Below, piece by piece: positions 6,730-14,862 of a DNA stretch of 14,862 nt. A program made the position numbers and the translations under genes. The notes beneath the pieces are model-generated. The model saw only the letters and a list, made by a program, of their open reading frames with translations. It was not told where the DNA came from and did not search any database. This DNA is from Acaryochloridaceae cyanobacterium VAR_48_metabat_390 (lineage in GTDB: Bacteria; Cyanobacteriota; Cyanobacteriia; Thermosynechococcales; Thermosynechococcaceae). The stretch lies in assembly GCA_031422435.1 (NCBI GenBank), contig JANPLU010000051.1:1-14862 (forward strand), read 5' to 3'. Position 1 is the stretch's first letter. Each line of letters starts with the position of its first letter.

Positions 6730-7965
6730 ATGGTAGACCCACAGCAAATCCAACTGGTTAATGCCTTAGCGCAGCAGGCCACTGAGGCTGAGTTAGAACG
6801 TAACTCAGCCAAAGATCGGCTAGATATTGCGCTGTATCGCGCCCAGCAGCCTAATCCATACCGCTGGCGGCAGCATGGCGCAGCTTGGATTTTTGCAGGC
6901 GTAGTGGGCATGAGTGGCACAGTCTATGCTCTCCAAAAAGAAGCGCCCTATGTTATGCCCATCGCGGCGGGTGCAGGATTAAGTGTCGGACTGCTTTCTA
7001 ATGCGGCAGACAAGCGCAGACAAACCAATGCAAAGCAAGATCGCTTAGAGATGTGCCGCCATGGACTAGGAGAAGCTGAAAAACACCTCCGACAAACCGT
7101 CACGTTATACCGCGAAGAAGAAGAAACAGGCTGGCTGATGTATGCCCTTAACACCAGCAAGGACAGTTTTCTCACTTTACGCACCTGGATGGCTGATCCC
7201 CGCCGCACGATGAAAGATGCTGTGCTGGAATCAATCGACATTGTGACGACCCAGTTTCTTGGGCAACCTTTAGAGGATCGGCTCAACCCGTCATTGACCA
7301 CAGAGCGGCATTACCGTAACGTTCGCAGACAACTATTTGAGGAGGAGATAGCCCTTAAAAAGGACGAATTTCTAGCCAACGTATTTGCAAAACACCACTT
7401 CTTGAGAGAGCAAGAGCTACAGCAAGCGGGACTAAAGGCTGATTTATTTATTCAAAGCACTGCTATCGGGGTTGGGTCAGTGACAGGGCTATTGGCGGGG
7501 GCTGGCATCACCGCGCTAAGTGCAAAGGCTGCCGCAATCGGTTCTTCTAAAATGGCGATCGCCGCCCACAGCATCACAGGGACCATCGGTATTACCGCCG
7601 TTGTGGGGGCTGGCCTTTTGGCGGCAGGAACGCTCCATAACTGGATGAGTAAAACAGACCAGCAACGCCGTCAGCGCGAAGCCCAGCAGTTTGAGGAAGC
7701 GTTTGCCGCCACTGCTCAGATTTTAGAAACGGTCATGCAGGCGCAAACCGCTCAAGATGTAGCAGAACGCCGAATCCATCTTCAGGCGGCTTATGACGGA
7801 TTTTGTACTCTAAAGCGACAGGCGCTCAAAGGACAAGATATTGAGATGAAGCAGTATGTCGAGATTTTGGGCGACAGGCTCCAGCGTTCTCTAAGGGCGA
7901 TCGCCAAGCAGCAGCAGCCCCTCAGCAGCAAATTCCGGCTTAATTTATTTTCACCTCGTAGTTGA
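6730..7965 (+). CDS. Hypothetical protein with two Gly/Ala-rich hydrophobic hairpins and charged helical segments
   Basis: 411-aa ORF with GGA upstream and two HIP1 sites. No family recognised. Confidence 0.8.
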   Translation: MVDPQQIQLVNALAQQATEAELERNSAKDRLDIALYRAQQPNPYRWRQHGAAWIFAGVVGMSGTVYALQKEAPYVMPIAAGAGLSVGLLSNAADKRRQTNAKQDRLEMCRHGLGEAEKHLRQTVTLYREEEETGWLMYALNTSKDSFLTLRTWMADPRRTMKDAVLESIDIVTTQFLGQPLEDRLNPSLTTERHYRNVRRQLFEEEIALKKDEFLANVFAKHHFLREQELQQAGLKADLFIQSTAIGVGSVTGLLAGAGITALSAKAAAIGSSKMAIAAHSITGTIGITAVVGAGLLAAGTLHNWMSKTDQQRRQREAQQFEEAFAATAQILETVMQAQTAQDVAERRIHLQAAYDGFCTLKRQALKGQDIEMKQYVEILGDRLQRSLRAIAKQQQPLSSKFRLNLFSPRS

Positions 7966-8022
7966 GAGAAGCTTCAGGGATATCCCCCTGCTGAACAAAA
8001 TCAGAAACCCTAACGCATTCTC

Positions 8023-8874
8023 ATGACAGACTCGTTCAAGATTCTCAAGCAGCACGCTAACTTTGAGGGCACACTTTATTTTTGCAGCCATTTCTCAGAA
8101 CGCTGCCATTGCCCCATGAATTTTTCGGTGTATGTGCCCCAGCAGGCCAGCACTGCGCCACTCCCCGTGCTGTATTTCTTGTCAGGACTCACCTGCACCG
8201 AAGAAAATTTTATGGCAAAGGCAGGCGCACAGCGCTACGCGGCAGAGCTGGGACTTATTTTAGTGGCACCCGATACCAGCCCTCGCAATACGGGTATTTC
8301 TGGAGAAGATGCAGATTGGGATTTTGGAAGTGGCGCGGGGTTTTATGTAGATGCCACCCAAGCACCCTGGAAGCAGCATTTTCAAATGTATAGCTACGTG
8401 GTAGAAGAACTGCCCACGCTCATTGCGGCACAGTTCCCAGCAGACACAACGCGACAGGGGATTTCGGGACACTCTATGGGAGGGCACGGTGCGTTGGTGT
8501 GTGGCTTACGTAATGGCGATCGCTATCGTTCTATTTCAGCCTTTGCGCCAATTGCCGCGCCCAGTCAGTGCCCGTGGGGGCAAAAGGCGTTGACGGGCTA
8601 CCTGGGCGCAGACCCAGCACGCTGGAGCCTCTATGACGCGACGTTACTGGCTGCTGCGCTCCCAACAGATTCTCGCCCCATCTTCATTGACCAGGGACTT
8701 TCAGATACTTTTCTACCGGATCAACTGCTGCCTGAGCGACTGGTCGAAGCCTGTCGAACGGCTGGGCGATCGCTCACCTATCGATCGCATCCTGGCTACG
8801 ATCACAGCTACTACTTTATTGCCACATTTATAGAAGATCACATTCGATTTCACGCACGTCACCTGAACCCCTAA
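8023..8874 (+). CDS. fghA: S-formylglutathione hydrolase (esterase D family)
   Basis: LSGLTCTEENFMAKAGAQ, PDTSPR, WDFGSGAGFYVDAT, GHSMGGHGAL, CPWGQKA, GYDHSYYFIATF. Confidence 0.95.
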   Translation: MTDSFKILKQHANFEGTLYFCSHFSERCHCPMNFSVYVPQQASTAPLPVLYFLSGLTCTEENFMAKAGAQRYAAELGLILVAPDTSPRNTGISGEDADWDFGSGAGFYVDATQAPWKQHFQMYSYVVEELPTLIAAQFPADTTRQGISGHSMGGHGALVCGLRNGDRYRSISAFAPIAAPSQCPWGQKALTGYLGADPARWSLYDATLLAAALPTDSRPIFIDQGLSDTFLPDQLLPERLVEACRTAGRSLTYRSHPGYDHSYYFIATFIEDHIRFHARHLNP

Positions 8875-8910
8875 AATAGAGGGGATTCGGCGTACTGTGT
8901 CACTAGCTTC

Positions 8911-9468
8911 ATGGATATTCAAGCATTCTTTCAGCTCTGCGATGGTAAGTGGGTTTCTCAGCGCACCACCCATCAACTTCTTGAACAAAATAACCAGAGT
9001 GCGCGTTCTGATCTCTGGGGCGAAATCCTAGAAGCAGACCACAGCGATGTTGTGGCGCTTTGTCAGCAGGCTAATGTTGATCCATCCTTCGTACAGTGCG
9101 GTCTGCGGCTACGCTGGAGTGAAGTGGCTGAAGCCTACCAGAGTAAGTTTAAGCCCAAGAATGAAGGGTCTGTGGTGCTGGTGGCGAGCGCATCCGAGAT
9201 ATCCAATGCTGGGCAGATCCTGCGCAGCCTAAATTCTGCCCCTGTGGTGAAGGGCACCTATGGCATGGGTGCCGATGAAGCACTCACCCTTCGATTTGAG
9301 GAAGCAGGCGCAAGTTCTGAAGAGCGCATCTGGTTTGCCAGCCCTAACTTACGTCTACGCAGCAGTAGCGTAAAGAAAGACGGCGTTGTTTTTATGACTA
9401 CATTCTGCTCAGAAATTCGGATGGCGGCTGCACCAGCAGCGCCTCCAGCAGAATCTACTGCGGCTTAA
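8911..9468 (+). CDS. Phycobiliprotein lyase, CpcS/CpcU (CpeS-like) family
   Basis: FFQLCDGKWVSQRTTH, EERIWFASPNLRLRSS, FCSEIRM. Confidence 0.88.
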   Translation: MDIQAFFQLCDGKWVSQRTTHQLLEQNNQSARSDLWGEILEADHSDVVALCQQANVDPSFVQCGLRLRWSEVAEAYQSKFKPKNEGSVVLVASASEISNAGQILRSLNSAPVVKGTYGMGADEALTLRFEEAGASSEERIWFASPNLRLRSSSVKKDGVVFMTTFCSEIRMAAAPAAPPAESTAA

Positions 9469-9521
9469 TCTTCGCCAAGCTGACCAGGAAAAACCTTAGA
9501 AAATAAAGATGCACCGTTCGA

Positions 9522-9839
9522 TTAAATGCGTTCTTCTTCTAGGAGAGCAACGGCGATCGCACAGCAGCCAAAAGCAGCCAGCAAAGGAATAGGCGAAAGC
9601 GTCATGACCGTCAGTAAAATCGAAAACAGCGCCACCCCAATCGAAGATAGATTCAGTAAGCCAGTTTGGGGCGTCATTTCCCGCTCGTTATAAAACCCTT
9701 CTAAGGCGCGGGTAGGGACAGGGACAGGTAGAACAGACCCAGGGGGGAAAGCCCAAAACTGGCGCTGTTCTACAAACAAATCTGTCCAGCCATGCTCTTG
9801 GCACCACTGCTGGATGTACTGGTGAAGGACTTTAGGCAT
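9522..9839 (-). CDS. Conserved cyanobacterial small membrane protein (slr1957-like)
   Basis: WCQEHGWTDLF...FWAFPPGSVLPVPVP motif followed by two C-terminal hydrophobic helices. Confidence 0.7.
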   Translation of the reverse strand: MPKVLHQYIQQWCQEHGWTDLFVEQRQFWAFPPGSVLPVPVPTRALEGFYNEREMTPQTGLLNLSSIGVALFSILLTVMTLSPIPLLAAFGCCAIAVALLEEERI

Positions 9840-9843
9840 TATG

Positions 9844-10030
9844 AATCATCATCATTGCGGCAAATAGAAGAGGATGTCCGTCGGCCCATTTCCCTTAAGT
9901 GCCTACGTCAAAACCTCCCATGCGAGCCTTTATCATCCGTAAAAGCTTAAGGGTCAAGCCGATGGAATCCCTTTTTATGAGCCTAACAGAGGCGTAAAAT
10001 CTCGCCTCTGCCCAACAATAAAACTTAATT
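9844..10030 (-). ncRNA. ssrS: Probable 6S RNA (ssrS/ssaA)
   Basis: Hand-folded minus strand gives a 187-nt rod. Closing stem AAUU-AA-GUUUUAUUGU-UG-GGC (10030-10010) with GCCGCAAUGA-U-GAUGAUU (9861-9844). Open central region. Apical stems CCAUCGGCUU/GGGCCGACGG and CCCUUAAG/CUUAAGGG with a GA/AAAU internal loop. Size and architecture fit 6S RNA. Ends approximate. Confidence 0.65.
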
Positions 10031-10073
10031 TGCAGAAACGTTTAGTAAACAATCGCGCAATTAATTCAAGTTC

Positions 10074-10307
10074 TTAGCGCGGATTTAACCAGCCAGCGCT
10101 TAAAACCACTGTTAAGGCCATAAACAAAACGGTTAGCGTCCAAGTGACGCGGTTTAGAGTTGTTTCTGCACTTTTAGTGCTGGTAAAAAGCTGCGCCTGA
10201 CCGCCAATTGCGCCTAAACCATCTCCCTTAGGGCTATGAAGCAGCACCAAAACAATCAGCCCGAACGCAGAAAAGGCCCAAATGCCCTGAAGAACTTGAA
10301 CAACCAT
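10074..10307 (-). CDS. secG: Preprotein translocase subunit SecG
   Basis: LIVLVLLHSPKGDGLGAIGGQAQLFTSTKSAETTLNRVTW, two TM helices, downstream of gpmI. Confidence 0.97.
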   Translation of the reverse strand: MVVQVLQGIWAFSAFGLIVLVLLHSPKGDGLGAIGGQAQLFTSTKSAETTLNRVTWTLTVLFMALTVVLSAGWLNPR

Positions 10308-10382
10308 GCTAATGCCTAATTAAACCGTGTCTTTACAGATTAACAGATGGACTGATATTAGTCCTTTTCTTTACTCAACCCG

Positions 10383-11981
10383 CTATAGCCGAATGCGTAC
10401 CGGCCCTTTATTGGGACGAATTTCTACTTCAGCAGACTGAAGCAAAGACGTCCCCGTCATTTCAATGGGCTGTGGAAGCTGCAAGATTTCTAGAATGGTT
10501 GGGGCAATATCCGCCAAGCAGCCGTCTGTCCGTAGCTGAATATCGGTACCGTAACCAGGAATCTTGCGCTGCTCACCCTCTACTAAAATAAAGGGCACCG
10601 GAAACGTTGTATGCGCCGTCCAAGGATTGCCAGATTCATCCCACATGTACTCAGCGTTGCCGTGGTCGGCGGTAATGAGTGTAGTGCCACCCGCTTTGAC
10701 CACCTGCTCTAAAAGCTGACCCACGCAGCGATCGACTGTTTCAATGGCCTTTACGGTGGCGTCCATGTTGCCAGTGTGCCCCACCATGTCAGGATTGGCA
10801 AAGTTGATGACGATTAGCCCATAGGCCTGCCGCTGAACGGCGGCAATGGCGGCGGCGGTGACGTCTTTCGCGGACATTGCGGGCGATTTATCGTAGGTTG
10901 GCACCATGGGGCTAGGCACTAAAAATCGCTCTTCTCCTTCTAGCGGGTCTTCAATGCCGCCGTTAAAGAAGTAGGTTACATGGGCATATTTTTCGGTTTC
11001 AGCAACGCGGAACTGCTTGAGTCCGTTGTTTGCGATAATTTCACCTAAAATATTGTCTAGGCTTTGAGGCTCAAAGGCCACTCGAATGGGCAGTTGGGCA
11101 TCGTACTGCGTAAAGGTCACAAAAGACAGAGGCTGAATTAAGGTGCGCTCAAAGCCTTTGAAGTTAGGGTCAACAAACGCCTGGGTCAACTGACGCGCGC
11201 GGTCTGGCCGAAAGTTAAAGAAAATAACGCCATCTTCGGGTTCAATGGCACCTGGGGCAATGCGAATGGGAAGGATAAATTCGTCCGTGATTTTTTTGCT
11301 GTAGGCTTCTTCAATTACGTCTTGAGGAGAAGACCCTACGACCTCAGTATTCTGGGTCATGACCTCATAGGCTTTTTGAACGCGATCCCAACGATGATCG
11401 CGGTCTAGGGCATAGTAGCGTCCGCTGAGGGTAACAATGCGACCAACGCCGATATGAGAGATTTCGGCCTGAAGCCGCTGTATTTCTTCAATGCTGCTGG
11501 TGGGTGGGGTGTCTCGTCCATCCAAAATTGCGTGAATGCAGACATCCTGAATGTTGTGGTTTTTGGCAAGCTGAAGCAGGGCAAAGAGGTGATTGAGATG
11601 GGAATGAACGCCACCCTGAGAGCATAGACCTACAAAATGCAGCTTGCTCTGCTTTTTGGCTACGGTTTCACATAGCTCAACCAGGGCTGGATTTGTAAGC
11701 AGGCTACCATCTTCGGCGGCATCTGAAATTCTCACCAGTTCTTGAGGAACGGTTCTGCCTGCGCCAATGTTGAGATGTCCGACTTCTGAATTGCCCATCT
11801 GACCTTTAGGCAGACCGACGGCCTTCCCTGAGGTTTGAATCAGCGTGCTAGGATAGGCGCGCCAAAGGCTGTCCATGATGGGCGTATTCGCTGTGGCGAT
11901 CGCATTTCCGTCTGTTTCCTCACGGTAGCCCCAGCCATCCAAAATCACTAGGACTACCGGAGACACAGGAGTCGAAGCCAT
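10383..11981 (-). CDS. gpmI: 2,3-bisphosphoglycerate-independent phosphoglycerate mutase
   Basis: LVILDGWG, GQMGNSEVGHLNIGAGR, GGVHSH, DGRDT, FNFRPDRARQ, ETEKYAHVTYFFNGG, NPDMVGHTG, TADHGNAE. Confidence 0.98.
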   Translation of the reverse strand: MASTPVSPVVLVILDGWGYREETDGNAIATANTPIMDSLWRAYPSTLIQTSGKAVGLPKGQMGNSEVGHLNIGAGRTVPQELVRISDAAEDGSLLTNPALVELCETVAKKQSKLHFVGLCSQGGVHSHLNHLFALLQLAKNHNIQDVCIHAILDGRDTPPTSSIEEIQRLQAEISHIGVGRIVTLSGRYYALDRDHRWDRVQKAYEVMTQNTEVVGSSPQDVIEEAYSKKITDEFILPIRIAPGAIEPEDGVIFFNFRPDRARQLTQAFVDPNFKGFERTLIQPLSFVTFTQYDAQLPIRVAFEPQSLDNILGEIIANNGLKQFRVAETEKYAHVTYFFNGGIEDPLEGEERFLVPSPMVPTYDKSPAMSAKDVTAAAIAAVQRQAYGLIVINFANPDMVGHTGNMDATVKAIETVDRCVGQLLEQVVKAGGTTLITADHGNAEYMWDESGNPWTAHTTFPVPFILVEGEQRKIPGYGTDIQLRTDGCLADIAPTILEILQLPQPIEMTGTSLLQSAEVEIRPNKGPVRIRL

Positions 11982-12202
11982 AGGGGTCGATTTCCGTACT
12001 AAGTAATGTGATTTTGTTGCAATAATAACATTCCCCTTCCCTCTTCTCCTAAGAACCGCCTAGAGATTTGTAGGCGATCTCCTATTTTTAGAGCAGATGG
12101 AGCGCTATAACGGAGAGTAGCTAAGGGTTCTTTGCTCCATTTACTGCTTTGTGGCATGAGGTGGGCTGCATTTGTACCTGTCGTTGTTACTCTAGGTTTG
12201 CC

Positions 12203-13117
12203 GTGCGCGATGCTCAGTTTTTAAGAAGACGCTCTCAAAATTTATGTCTGTGCCTCTGCATTTTGGGGATCGGGCTATGGATAACTTACACTTCCGCTGC
12301 TCCTAGCTATGCTCAAGCTCAAAACAATGTCGCAACGGCACCTGCTCTAACCCGCAATCAGCGGCAAGTGTTTCAGAAAATTGAGACGGCAAATATTATC
12401 TATCTGGGTGAAACGCACGATCGGCTAGCCGATCACCAGGCGCAGTTGACCATCACCCAGATGCTGCACAGCAAGAACCCACGGATGGCGATCGCTCTAG
12501 AAATGTTCCAAAGACCTTATCAAGGCGAGCTATCAGGCGCATTGAGTGAAGCGCAACTGCTTACCCAAACGGAGTATCCCAAACGTTGGGGCTTTGACTG
12601 GAATTTTTACGCGCCCATCTTTCGCTTTGCTAGAGCTAAAGATCTTCCGCTTTTAGCCATCAACACCCCCTCTGAAATTACCCGTAAAGTGTCTCGTTCT
12701 GGCTTAAAGTCTCTGCAACAAGAAGACTTTGAGTGGATTCCACCCCGTACTGAAATAGATCTCAGCAGTGTGTCTTACCGCAAACGAATGCGTGAAACCT
12801 ATGAGTCTTTCCATCAGGGGAAGGGGAACAGCGATGGCTTTGAGCGATTTTTTGAGGCGCAGGTGCTGTGGGATGAAACAATGGCGGAGGCGATCGCCCA
12901 GTATTGCCTGAAGCACCCTGACCGTCAAATTGTGGTGCTGGTAGGGCAAGGACATATTTTGTTTGGCGACGGCATTCCCAGTCGAGTGACGCGGCGGCTT
13001 GAGGCGGCAGCGCGAAAAGACTGGAAACAGGCCACGGTGTTGCTTAACCCATCTGAGGAGATTAAGAAGTCTCCAAGTGTGGCAGATTTTTTCTGGGTTT
13101 CGGAGGCTCAGCCTTAA
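12203..13117 (+). CDS. ChaN-like (DUF399 / haem-uptake family) exported protein
   Basis: IYLGETHD, IALEMFQRPYQ, WGFDWNFYAPIF, AQVLWDETMA, LVGQGHI..G.GIP. Signal-peptide-like N-terminus ending SYA-Q. GTG 12203 is a guess (ORF track starts at TTG 12149). Confidence 0.8.
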   Translation: MRDAQFLRRRSQNLCLCLCILGIGLWITYTSAAPSYAQAQNNVATAPALTRNQRQVFQKIETANIIYLGETHDRLADHQAQLTITQMLHSKNPRMAIALEMFQRPYQGELSGALSEAQLLTQTEYPKRWGFDWNFYAPIFRFARAKDLPLLAINTPSEITRKVSRSGLKSLQQEDFEWIPPRTEIDLSSVSYRKRMRETYESFHQGKGNSDGFERFFEAQVLWDETMAEAIAQYCLKHPDRQIVVLVGQGHILFGDGIPSRVTRRLEAAARKDWKQATVLLNPSEEIKKSPSVADFFWVSEAQP

Positions 13118-13692
13118 GGGATGGACGGTAGACCAGGGACTTTGCGGTAGATAGCGGCGATCGCCACACTCAACCCAACGCTTGTAAAGTGAACAGTCTC
13201 GGATGTGCCATAGGTTTGGCTGATCCAACCCGCTTCGGTTTTACGAAAGCACTCTACTTTTGGTTCAGTTTGGCTAACAAGGACATATTCCTCTAATACA
13301 GGTGAGGTTTGATAGTCTGCAAACTTATCGCCTCGGTCAAAGGTCGCCGTAGATTTTGACAGCACCTCAATCACCAGCTTCGGGAAACGCACAAATTCAT
13401 CGGTAGTGCTGAGGTCTCGTTCATCGCAGGTGACGACGACATCAGGGTAGTAGTAACAGTCCGTCTCTTCTAGCCTGACCTTCGTGTCAGACAATAGGAC
13501 AATGCAGGGTGACTCTTCGAGATGATTGCCCAACAGCCTGCCAATGTTACTGGCCAGAACACCATGGGGTTTTCTGGCTCCAACCATTGCGTAAACGTGT
13601 CCTCGGCGATACTCGTGCTTAATGGGGCTTACTTCTTCGCCCTCAAGATAATCTTCTGGCGAAATATAAAACGGGACAGGGCTAACAACCAT
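13114..13692 (-). CDS. Uma2 family (DUF820) PD-(D/E)XK endonuclease-fold protein
   Basis: ISPEDYLEGE, KHEYRRG...AMVGA, YYYPDVVVTCD, LVIEVLSKSTATFDRGDKF..Y, EEYVLVSQ. Its stop overlaps the ChaN-like stop (shared TTAA, 13114-13117). Confidence 0.92.
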   Translation of the reverse strand: MVVSPVPFYISPEDYLEGEEVSPIKHEYRRGHVYAMVGARKPHGVLASNIGRLLGNHLEESPCIVLLSDTKVRLEETDCYYYPDVVVTCDERDLSTTDEFVRFPKLVIEVLSKSTATFDRGDKFADYQTSPVLEEYVLVSQTEPKVECFRKTEAGWISQTYGTSETVHFTSVGLSVAIAAIYRKVPGLPSIP

Positions 13693-13847
13693 CAGAACCT
13701 CAGGGCTATCCTTGCGCTGGCTATGGTTTCTATTATGCCATCTGCCGATCTGAGCTATGAAACCTTACAAATTTGCGCTTACTTGCCCCCGCAAAGCCTC
13801 TCTCACAAGGCATGATGGAAGAAGGTGAAAATTGGCTTTAAGGTTCT

Positions 13848-14862
13848 ATGGCTTCTTCTCTGGGCGGCGCTCAAATTCGGCAGACATTTCTAGACTTTTT
13901 TGCAGCGCGGGGTCACAAAATTCTGCCCAGCGCCTCTCTGGTGCCAGAAGACCCAACGGTACTCTTGACGATTGCCGGAATGTTGCCATTCAAACCCATC
14001 TTTTTGGGTCAGCAGGCGGCTGAGTTTCCCAGAGCCACCACGTCGCAAAAATGTATTCGCACCAACGATATCGAAAACGTAGGGCGCACCGCGCGGCACC
14101 ATACGTTTTTTGAGATGCTGGGTAACTTTAGCTTTGGGGACTATTTTAAAGAACAGGCGATCGCCTATGCCTGGGAGCTGTCTACAAAGGTGTTTGCGCT
14201 ACCGCCAGGGCAGGTGGTGGTGAGCGTCTTTGAAGAAGATGACGAAGCCTTTGCAATTTGGCGCGACCAGGTGGGCGTACCCATCACCCACATTAAGCGC
14301 ATGGGCGCAGACGATAACTTTTGGGTTTCGGGGCCAACGGGACCTTGTGGGCCTTGCTCTGAGCTGTACTACGACTTTCACCCAGAGTTAGGTGCAGACA
14401 ATATAGATCTTGAAGACGATACGCGCTTCATTGAGTTCTATAACCTTGTCTTTATGCAGTACAACCGCGATGCGGAAGGCAAGTTGACGCCGCTGCAAAA
14501 CCAAAATATTGATACAGGCATGGGCTTGGAGCGAATGGCGCAGATCCTCCAAAAGGTGTCCAACAACTACGAAACAGATCTAATTTTTCCAATTCTCAAA
14601 ACCGCTGCCGATCTTGCCGGAATTGACTATTTTGAGTCTGATGAAAAGACCAAAATCTCTCTCAAGGTCATTGGGGATCATGTCCGGTCAGTGGTTCACA
14701 TGATTGCGGACGGTATCACGGCCTCGAATACAGGTCGTGGCTATGTGTTGCGACGATTGATCCGACGGGTAGTACGGCATGGTCAGTTGATTGGTATTGA
14801 AGGTACGTTTATTGCCAAGGTTGCTGAGACTGCGATCGCCCTGTCTGAATCGGTCTACCCCA
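13848..14862 (+). CDS. alaS: Alanine--tRNA ligase, 5' part (runs off the window)
   Basis: Manual translation [54 protein letters not shown]...[35 protein letters not shown]...GPCGPCSE...IDTGMGLER...[12 protein letters not shown]. Not in the ORF track because there is no stop inside the window. Confidence 0.98.
   Translation, partial: MASSLGGAQIRQTFLDFFAARGHKILPSASLVPEDPTVLLTIAGMLPFKPIFLGQQAAEFPRATTSQKCIRTNDIENVGRTARHHTFFEMLGNFSFGDYFKEQAIAYAWELSTKVFALPPGQVVVSVFEEDDEAFAIWRDQVGVPITHIKRMGADDNFWVSGPTGPCGPCSELYYDFHPELGADNIDLEDDTRFIEFYNLVFMQYNRDAEGKLTPLQNQNIDTGMGLERMAQILQKVSNNYETDLIFPILKTAADLAGIDYFESDEKTKISLKVIGDHVRSVVHMIADGITASNTGRGYVLRRLIRRVVRHGQLIGIEGTFIAKVAETAIALSESVYP

Larger units (their letters stand above)
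300..14839. repeat. Dispersed HIP1 octamer GCGATCGC (19 copies counted)
   Basis: Starts at 300, 1958, 1986, 3339, 3972, 4208, 6394, 6573, 7555, 7897, 8516, 8766, 9553, 11896, 12488, 12890, 13157, 14157, 14832. About 0.2 copies are expected by chance for an 8-mer in this length. Confidence 0.92.

Noticed and set aside
6717..9232. Short overlapping ORFs (6717-6920, 6948-7301, 8082-8393, 8260-8487, 8633-8833, 8713-8988, 9047-9232)
   Set aside because: They overlap longer or recognisable genes and have no independent evidence.
9987..10010. CAGAGGCG/CGCCTCTG hairpin as the secG terminator
   Set aside because: Only a 2-nt U-tail on the minus strand, and it lies inside the larger 6S-like fold. Not fully excluded.
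9844..10030. SRP RNA, tmRNA or c-di-GMP-II/SAM riboswitch
   Set aside because: No SRP GGAA/AGCAG domain, no tRNA-like ends, and no ligand-core or pseudoknot sequences seen.
12007..12022. CRP-like site TGTGA-N6-TGCAA upstream of gpmI
   Set aside because: The second half-site matches TCACA poorly.
13114..13692. Uma2 gene as part of a defence or restriction-modification system
   Set aside because: No cognate methylase or other defence genes nearby. It is flanked by ordinary genes.
12704..14381. ORFs 12704-13228, 13522-13815, 13832-14023, 13890-14102, 14199-14381
   Set aside because: Shadows of the ChaN-like, Uma2 and alaS genes.

Overview
Chromosomal window from a cyanobacterium: 19 HIP1 GCGATCGC octamers, psbK, a phycobiliprotein lyase and an Ftn6-like gene. 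The left end is a compact purine-catabolism cluster: GntR/FCD regulator, a stand-alone GGCT-fold protein resembling the allophanate-hydrolase C-domain, allantoinase puuE and urate hydroxylase hpxO. It is followed by an alpha/beta-fold protein lacking the catalytic Ser, psbK (missed by the ORF track) with a bidirectional terminator, a small membrane protein, Ftn6-like protein, an unknown 411-aa coiled-coil/membrane protein, S-formylglutathione hydrolase, a CpcS/U-type lyase, an slr1957-like protein, a probable 6S RNA (~187 nt, minus strand, just downstream of secG), secG, gpmI, a ChaN-like protein, a Uma2 nuclease-fold protein and the 5' part of alaS (also missed by the ORF track). I saw no CRISPR array, tRNA, rRNA or mobile element. 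The best candidate for undescribed biology is the GGCT-fold gene sitting in a urate-to-allantoate cluster that lacks uraH/uraD. All family calls come from motif recognition by eye, not database searches.
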